Below, piece after piece: positions 55,770 to 64,000 of a stretch of DNA of 64,000 nt (within the stretch, counting starts at the first letter, position 1; each line of letters opens with the position of its first letter). Source of the DNA: Octopus vulgaris (taxonomy: Eukaryota); contig OX597830.1 in NCBI GenBank assembly GCA_951406725.2, forward strand, positions 14,880,001 to 14,944,000, given 5' to 3'. Position numbers and translations under genes: made by a program. The notes beneath the pieces are model-generated. The model was not told the DNA's origin. It worked only from the letters and a program-made list of their open reading frames with translations, and did no database searches.

Positions 55770-56200
55770 TCCGATTACTAGTTGTTCTTCGTCATCAGAG
55801 GACACCTCCTCTCTTTAGACGATGTGTATTCGTGACACACGTGATACACTAGTGTAAGAAGGTTTTAAGACCCCACATGTATTTCGACTTTGTTGTGTGT
55901 TTCCTTAGTTAATCTACCCCGGTGAATCTGAAAGAGCAAGATAACTTTTTTTATAGGAATTAACACACGAATTATTTGCTCATGCGCGTTGATGTCTCCT
56001 AAATAGGATACACTCGGAACTGCGGGAATACAAGCATATTTGTTCGTTCTTAACACGTTGTGGCTGATTCGAACATAAATGTCTAATCGCTGTTGTTTTC
56101 CGTCACCGGAGTACACCTCCTTCCAGTAAAGGATGTCTGTTCATTAACACATGCGATTTACCAGTGAATGGCGCTATACTAAATTTCTTTTTGTGTCATG
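55770..56200 (-). pseudogene. Second decayed micro-intron gene segment, product unknown
   Basis: Candidate introns 56137-56161 (25 nt), 55999-56031 (33), 55928-55966 (39), 55849-55876 (28); spliced KKFSIAPFTDILYWKEVYSGDG...KYA*DINAHEQIIRIHRGRLTKETHNKVEIHCITCV. Confidence 0.5.
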
Positions 56201-56739
56201 CATTGATTATTTTGTAAATTTTCTAGTTGCACATGACCGCTACCTCCCCCCCTTTATGTATGTAATTATAATTCTTCTCTAAGTCAATAAATTATTCCAA
56301 GAATATTGAAAGTGTTGATGCCCATTCCCTGATTTATTTATTTATTTATTCATTCATTCATTGTTCATTTAAGTATTTATTTGCGTTCAGTTCTGCGACA
56401 TTTCTTCCCAATATTTTCTTCCGTTTTTGTTTAGTGCTCTATCTAGTTTATCGATTCCTAAGTATCAGTAAATTAATCTTTGGTCTAATTCCCTTATCTC
56501 TGTTACCCTATCTAACATGATAGGAGTGTTCTAAATTAAATATCTTTCCTTTTTATAGTTCCTCGGCTTCTTTGTGTAACAGAGGTAGCGCAGTACATAA
56601 GTATCACGTTGCTGAGGTGACGACAGAAGACATGTGGACTTTGAAGACCGAATGACGGCTAAAAATCAAGAACTGTACGGAGATTTGCTCGGCTGATAGA
56701 GCGAAAAGAGCAAAAAACGGGTTAGTTATATCTATGGTG

Positions 56740-57110
56740 TGAAGGCGCAATGGCACAGTGGTTAGGGCAGCGGACTCGTGGTCTGAGGGTCGCGGTTTTG
56801 ATTCCCAGGTGTGTGTTTATTGAACGAAAACACCTAAAACTCCACCAGGCTCCGGCAGGGGGGGGGTGACCCCTGTTGTACTCTTTCGCTACAACTTTCT
56901 CTCAGTCTTTCTTCTTGTTTCTTGTCCCCGACTTCCTACGCAACTGCTGAGCCTGGATGCGCATTCATCCATCCGTCGATGCTCTCGGCGTCGTGGGTCG
57001 ACCTGCTTTCTCTTCTGCGGGCCTTACGAATAGCAAAGGACCACATTTCAGACTTCTCCCACTCTGGGACGAAGACCGCTACGCTCATCACCAACAACAA
57101 CTACGACAAC
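56740..57110 (+). mobile_element. SINE C-type head and body with a third tail ending (CAA)n
   Basis: Head and body match 29061-29250, then unrelated tail. Confidence 0.85.
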
Positions 57111-58068
57111 TAAATTGCTTGCATTTATTTACGATGTAGAAAATTTTCCGTTTCTCTTAATCTCAAATAGAAATAGAAGAGAAAATATGTGCCCCAGCAA
57201 TTCAGCAAACAGTAAAAACTCCACCACCACCACCACTACCACCACCCACCACCACTACCACTACCACCACCCACCACCACCACTACCACCACCACCACAA
57301 CCACCACCACCACTACCACCACCAACGCCGCTACCACCGCCACCACCACTACTACCACCACCACTGCCACCACCACCACAACCACCACCACTACCACCAC
57401 TACCACCACCACCATCACTACCACCACCACCACCTCTACCACCATCACTACCACCACCACCACCACCACCGGCGCCGCTACCACTACCACCTACATTAAC
57501 AATATATTTTCTTCTGTGGCAGCCTGTTACATCACCGATCAAAATATCAACAAGGTTTATAACAAAGCATCTGCAACAACAACAACAACAATAACAACAA
57601 CAAGTGCATTAAACAAAAAATATGACGGCAAGAAATACAAGAAGATTACAACGTTGTAAGATGGTAAGAAAGAACTAATTTTTTTTTTTGCAGGACATTC
57701 CAGAAGAGAGCAAAAATAAAAATTAAAAACACAAGAAAAAAAGAGAAGATATAGAAAAACCAGGAAAAAAGAAGTGGATGCACGTTATGGTAACCTATCG
57801 ATGCATAAATATAAAAACATGCAATGCTGAAATGCTAACACGGGCACACAGGTAGAAAGATGCCTAAAACCTGTCTGAGAACAAAAAGTATATATATCTC
57901 CTAAATAAAACAATTTAGCACGATAGATGTCAGAATCTTCACGGAAGCCGAAGTGAGGAACAATTGTGCAACCTCACAAATGAGGATTTCGTCCCCATAC
58001 TGACTTATATAGATAGGTATGCGACGAAGATGAAGGCGGTGGAAGTGCCACTCGAAATAAACATATTA

Positions 58069-58102
<34 letters not shown>

Positions 58103-58103
<1 letters not shown>

Positions 58104-58495
58104 GAGTGAGCGAGCAGAGCATGCCATCAAAGTGACACTGGGGTAAAATATACGAAGCCCAGTATACCCATCATGACTACCCGTCTGATAAAGGTACACC
58201 AGGCACATGCATCACAACCATATGTGCGCGACATGGTGATCTCATATCAAGATAAACAGCACATGACCTTGCAGGTGGAGCCCAGTTAGAATTTTATTCA
58301 GATCGAGTAACCCATCCCGCTCAAAAGGTCCCTGAATAAGGGTTGTTTAAGGACGTTGAACGAAACACCCATGTTTCCAGAGGTGAATTATTCAAACCCC
58401 AAAGAATCCTTCTCAACACATGGCTATGATGCTCCCCCACTACTTCTGCTCGTGATCAGAGATGCACATATCGTCAGCCACTAAGGGACATGCTC
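58103..58495. mobile_element. Unclassified interspersed repeat between (ATT)n tracts; diverged partial copy at 9875-10030
   Basis: Shared TGATCAGAGATGCACATAT..TCAGCCACTAA.GGACATGCTC. Confidence 0.7.
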
Positions 58496-58544
<49 letters not shown>

Positions 58545-58547
58545 TAA

Positions 58548-58930
58548 AGGCAGCGAGCTGGCAGAAACGTTAGCACGCCGGGCGAAATGCTTTACGGTAT
58601 TTCGTCTGCTGCTACGTTCTGAGCTCAAATTTCAACGAGCTGACTTTGGCTTTAATCCTTTCGGGGTCGATTAAATAAGCACCAGTTACGCACTGGGGTC
58701 GATATAATCGACTGAATCCCTTTGTCTGTCCTTGTTCGTCCCCTCTGTGTTTAGCCCCTTGTTGGTAGTAAAGAAATAGGTATTTCGACTGCTACTATGT
58801 TCTGAGTTTAAATTCCGCCTTTCGTCCTTTCGGGGTCAATAAATTAAGTACCATTAAAACACTGGTGTCGATGTAATCGACTAGTCCCCACCCCGAAAAT
58901 TTCAGATCTTGTGTCTATAGTAAGAAGGAT
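58548..58930 (+). mobile_element. SINE B dimer (tail-1 unit then tail-2 unit)
   Basis: Junction AAAGAAATAG|GTATTTCG at 58779/58780. Confidence 0.9.
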
Positions 58931-59272
58931 TATTATTATTATTATTATTATCATTATGAAGGCGGCGAGCTAGCAGAATTGTTACTGCGCCAGGCAAAAT
59001 GCTTAGCGGTATTTCATCCATCTTTACGTTCTGAAGTCGACTTTGCATTTCATCCTTTCAGGGTTAATAAATTAAGTACCAGTGAAACACTGGAGTCAAT
59101 ATATATACTCAACTAGTCTCCTCTCTCAAAATTTAAGGCCTTTTGCCTTTAATAAAAAGGATTATTATCATTATTATTATTGTTATTATTATTGTTATTG
59201 ATGTTGTTGTTATTATTATTATTACTATTATTATTATTATTATTATCATTATTATTATTATTATCATCATCA

Positions 59273-59319
<47 letters not shown>

Positions 59320-59380
59320 GTTATCATTATTATTATTGTTATTATTATTATTATTATTACTATTAATATCATTATTATTA

Positions 59381-59444
<64 letters not shown>

Positions 59445-59871
59445 CATTATTATTTAAGGTCGGCTGGCAGACTCGTTAGAACGTCGGACAAGATGCTTAG
59501 CTGCATTTATTTCGCCGAGGTTAATTTTGCCTTTCGTCCTTTCCGGATCGATAAGAAAAAGTACCAGTTGAGTACCGAGTGTAGCGTAGTCCACCACCCC
59601 TCCCCTTCAAATTTCAGGCCTTATGTCTCCTGCCGAAAGAATTATCATTATTATGAAGGTAGCACGCTGACAGAATCTGCGGCATTTTTCTTCACGTTTT
59701 ACATTCTGTATTCAAATTCTATAGAAATTAGCATTTCATCATTTCGGGGTGGATAACATAAAATACCAGTTGACTATGGGGTACGATGTAACAGACTAAC
59801 CCGCCCCCACCACCACTCAAAATTGATGGCATTGTACCAAAATTTGAAACAATCACTTTGTTCTCATCATC

Positions 59872-60421
<550 letters not shown>

Positions 60422-60695
60422 ATAATCATCATTGTTATTATAAATAAACGAAAATAAAATCATTATCATTATCCTCATCACCATCATCATCATCATCATT
60501 ATCATTATCCTCATCACCATCATCATCATCATCATTATCATTATCCTCATCACCATCATCATCATCATCATTATCATTATCCTCATCACCATCATCATCA
60601 TCATCATTATCATTATCCTCATCACCATCATCATCACCATCATCATCATCATCATTATCCTCATCATCATCACCATCATTATCCTCATCACCATC

Positions 60696-60727
<32 letters not shown>

Positions 60728-61163
60728 CATTATCATCAACATCAACCGGTGTGTCAAAAACGCTGCTGAAACTGAATGATGTGACACTTAACTTTCCCAA
60801 GGAGCGAGCTCTTTAGGGAATTCGTGTGTTTTAAAAGAAACACCTTAATTGGCGTCGGAAACAAAAGTAGGACAGAGAAAGGCAGCTGAATTCTGTCTTC
60901 TTTTGCGATCTGTATTTCTGTATTTCTTTACAATTATTAAATCAGGTGCGTCTTGGAACACGTCCTTACCATTAACATGTTTGTATGTATGTATGCATGT
61001 ATGTATGCATGTATGTATGCATGTATGTATGTATGTATGTATGTATGTATGTATGTATGTATGTATTATGTATGTATGTATGTATATATGTATGTATGTA
61101 AGTATGTATGTAAGTTAGCATGTATGTAAGTATGCATGTATATATATATGTATATATGTATGA

Positions 61164-61194
<31 letters not shown>

Positions 61195-61196
61195 TG

Positions 61197-61233
<37 letters not shown>

Positions 61234-61744
61234 GTATGCATGTATGTATGTATATGTGTGTATGTATGTATGTAAGTATGCATGTATGTATGTATATATG
61301 TATGTATGTATATGTGTGTATGTATGTATGTATGTATGTATGTATGTGTGTATATATGTATGTATGCATGTATGCATATGTATGTGTGTATGTATGTATG
61401 GTATGTATGTATGTAAGTATGCATGTATGTATGTATGCATGTATGCATGTATATGTGTGTATGTATGTATTATGTATGGTATGTATATATGTATGGTATG
61501 TATATATGAATATATATACATATATACACACACACATATTCATATACATATATGAGTGTGAGAGAGTGTAATTATATTTGCATGCATATTTAAGCAGACG
61601 TATGACAGTTCTACGTACATCGTACAACATTCTGTTATCTAAAAGCAATCTCAATGACTGCTATGTTTGACTGAGAGTACCTGAACAAAAGTGATTGGCA
61701 TCAACTTCGAAAAGTAGCTCTAGTTGAGTATTTCACAACTGTTT

Positions 61745-62435
61745 TATATATTAAATACACCTGAACGACGTAATTAGCAGTTTTATATTTAATACAACTG
61801 GATGACTTAATTAGCAGTGTTATATTAAATACACCTGGACGATATAATTAGCTGTGAAGTTTCAAACATACTTCAGTATGACATCTCAGGTGTAACATAT
61901 GAAACGTTGTAATTGAGATAGGACAAACGTAAGATCTGTGATATTAATCATAAGCAAACAACCTACCTGTAATGACTCAAACACACATAAACGTCACAAT
62001 TTTTTAATAATTAATAAACACTTACAAACACCTTGGTTAAGTGATAAACGACAGACATGTGATTTTAAACGTACCAAGATAACTAAATTATTTGTGGTAT
62101 ATTAAAGACGCCAGACGTATGTAGCACTGGCATATTTAACACAACTGCAGTGATATATTTAACACACCTGAATGACATTGCAATATGAAACTCATTAGAG
62201 GGGTGCAATCGTACATTAGACACACCAAAACAATATTATTATTATTATTAGTAAAACTTTTATTACTCCAATGTTATTCGATAGTATTGTATTAAAGCGA
62301 CCTAAAAGACACAACAGTGATATTTTAAAGACACCGGAGCAACATAACGGTGGTACATTAAACATATCCAGTGATGCAACAATAGCATATTGAGGCTACG
62401 AGACACAATACTGATCTATTAAAGACATGTGAATG
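61745..62435. repeat. Degenerate ~37-bp minisatellite
   Basis: TATATTAAATACACCTGAACGACGTAATTAGCAGT clear three times at 61747-61856, decaying downstream. Confidence 0.7.
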
Positions 62436-62441
62436 ATGTGA

Positions 62442-62605
62442 AGGCGGAGGAGGGGTTGTGTGGTAAGTAGCTTGCTTACGAACCTCATGGTTCCGGGTTC
62501 AGTCCCACTGCGTGGCACCTTGGGCAAGTGTCTTCTACTATAGTCTCGGGCCGACCAAAGCCTTGTGAGTGTATTTGGTAGATGGAAACTGAAAGAAGCC
62601 CGTCG

Positions 62606-62644
<39 letters not shown>

Positions 62645-62861
62645 TTATGTGTCTGTGTTTGCCCCTCCCCCCACCAACATCGCTTGACAACCGATGCTGG
62701 TGTGTTTATGTCTTCGTAACCTAGTGGTTCGGCAAAAGTGACCGATAGAATAAGTACTAGGCTTGCAAAGAATAAGCCCTGGGGTCGATTTGCTTGACTA
62801 AAGGCGGTGCTCCAGCATGGCTACAGTCAAATGACTGAAACAAGTAAAAGAGTAAAAGAGA
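62442..62861 (+). mobile_element. SINE A
   Basis: Full-length match to family. Confidence 0.9.
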
Positions 62862-64000
62862 GATGTAACAAATAAGTTAAACATAAAACGAATGGAAATT
62901 GTAATAACTGTTATAACCCATGCTGAGTCTAGTTAGTATTAAACATATCTCTACGTATGCTGTATTTTACCACTACGGACCTACCAAGTATTTCTTTTAC
63001 TCAGACATATAGAAGAAAAAGTATATTGTCAATATTTCTTGTTACGGCAGCGAGCTGACAGAATCGTTAGCAGGCCGTACAAAAATGCTAATCGGCATTT
63101 CGTCCGATTTTACTTTTTGTGTTCAAATGCCACCGAGTTCGACTTTGCCTTTCATCCCTTTCGGGGTCGACAAAATAAGTACCAGTTGGGAACTCCCCTT
63201 CAAAATTTCAGGCCTTGTGCCTATAATAAGAAGAAAGGCCTATAATAAAGGCGGTGAATTGACTGAACAGTTAGCACACCGGGCAACATGCTTAGCAGTA
63301 TTTCGTCAGTTCTTAACGAGTTCAAATTCCGCCGAGATCGAGTTTGCTTTTCATTTTTTCGGGGTTGATAAAATAAATACCAGTTGAGCATTGGGGATCG
63401 TTGTAATCGACCCTCTTCCTTCCACGAAATTGCTGGCCACGTGTCAAAATTTGAAACTAATATTTCTAATTAATATGCACCATGTTAAACAATTAGAGAA
63501 ACACTTCCCTTAATAATAACCAAAATGTTAATGAACGAAAACGAAAGAAAAGTTTTGTTTCAATTTGGTCTGTATTCTAAAGTACTTAGAACGAAAGTCA
63601 CCAATATCTTAAATAAATTGTATAGCCAACCGTTAAAGTATCTTGTGAACATGTACCCGTCAGTGTTTCGTTTGAAGTGTCAGTTAATTCATACACTCCT
63701 CAAATTGTCACGCTCTCCCTCTCTCTCTCTCTCTCTTTCGCTTCCCTCTCTTTCTCTTCCTCTCTCTCTCTCTCTTTCTCTTCCCTCTCTTTCTCTTTCT
63801 CTCTCTCTCTCTCACACACACACACAAACACAAACACATTTCACGGCGGGAAGGCTTGTGAGACACGACATACATAGTCCCTCTCTATAAAGAAAAAAAA
63901 TAGAGAGCAAGGCATTAGCAGCCGCTTCTCATAGAAGAACTCGCAGAATTCAGAAGATAACCTCCAGATCACCCAAACACAAAATTCTGTAAAACATTTC

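Noticed and set aside
57115-57594. Proline-rich ORF as a formin/extensin exon
   Set aside because: (CCA)n microsatellite with no splice or domain context.
58400-58495. HDV-like ribozyme on the minus strand of the 58103/9875 repeat
   Set aside because: A P1/P3-like arrangement is suggestive, but P1.1 GG and the P2 3' strand could not be assigned.

Overview
AT-rich, microsatellite-saturated eukaryotic genomic DNA with no intact host protein-coding gene. Nearly all ORFs in the track are translations of simple repeats or SINEs. The repeat complement is most consistent with a coleoid cephalopod, probably Octopus (inference from family resemblance, no database search). It includes tRNA-derived SINEs with CORE/V/Meta-like cores, R4/Dong, RTE and other LINE remnants, a Penelope-like GIY-YIG remnant, a non-autonomous Helitron, and hAT and Tc1/mariner remnants. 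Four things stand out. (1) A decayed minus-strand tract (~45.2-50.4 kb and ~55.4-56.3 kb) reads as genes chopped by 25-40 nt GT..AG introns. This is unlike the presumed host and reminiscent of dicyemid kidney parasites, and the tract is itself interrupted by host transposons, so it is a candidate parasite-to-host DNA transfer. (2) A 664-bp near-perfect palindrome (13990-14653) has a hammerhead ribozyme in each arm. (3) At least eight further minimal hammerhead motifs from several unrelated cassettes are present, mostly embedded in (TA)n. (4) One SINE occurs as head-to-tail 184-bp multimers with the same junction at four loci. All coordinates were read by eye; repeat boundaries are approximate to about 10 bp.
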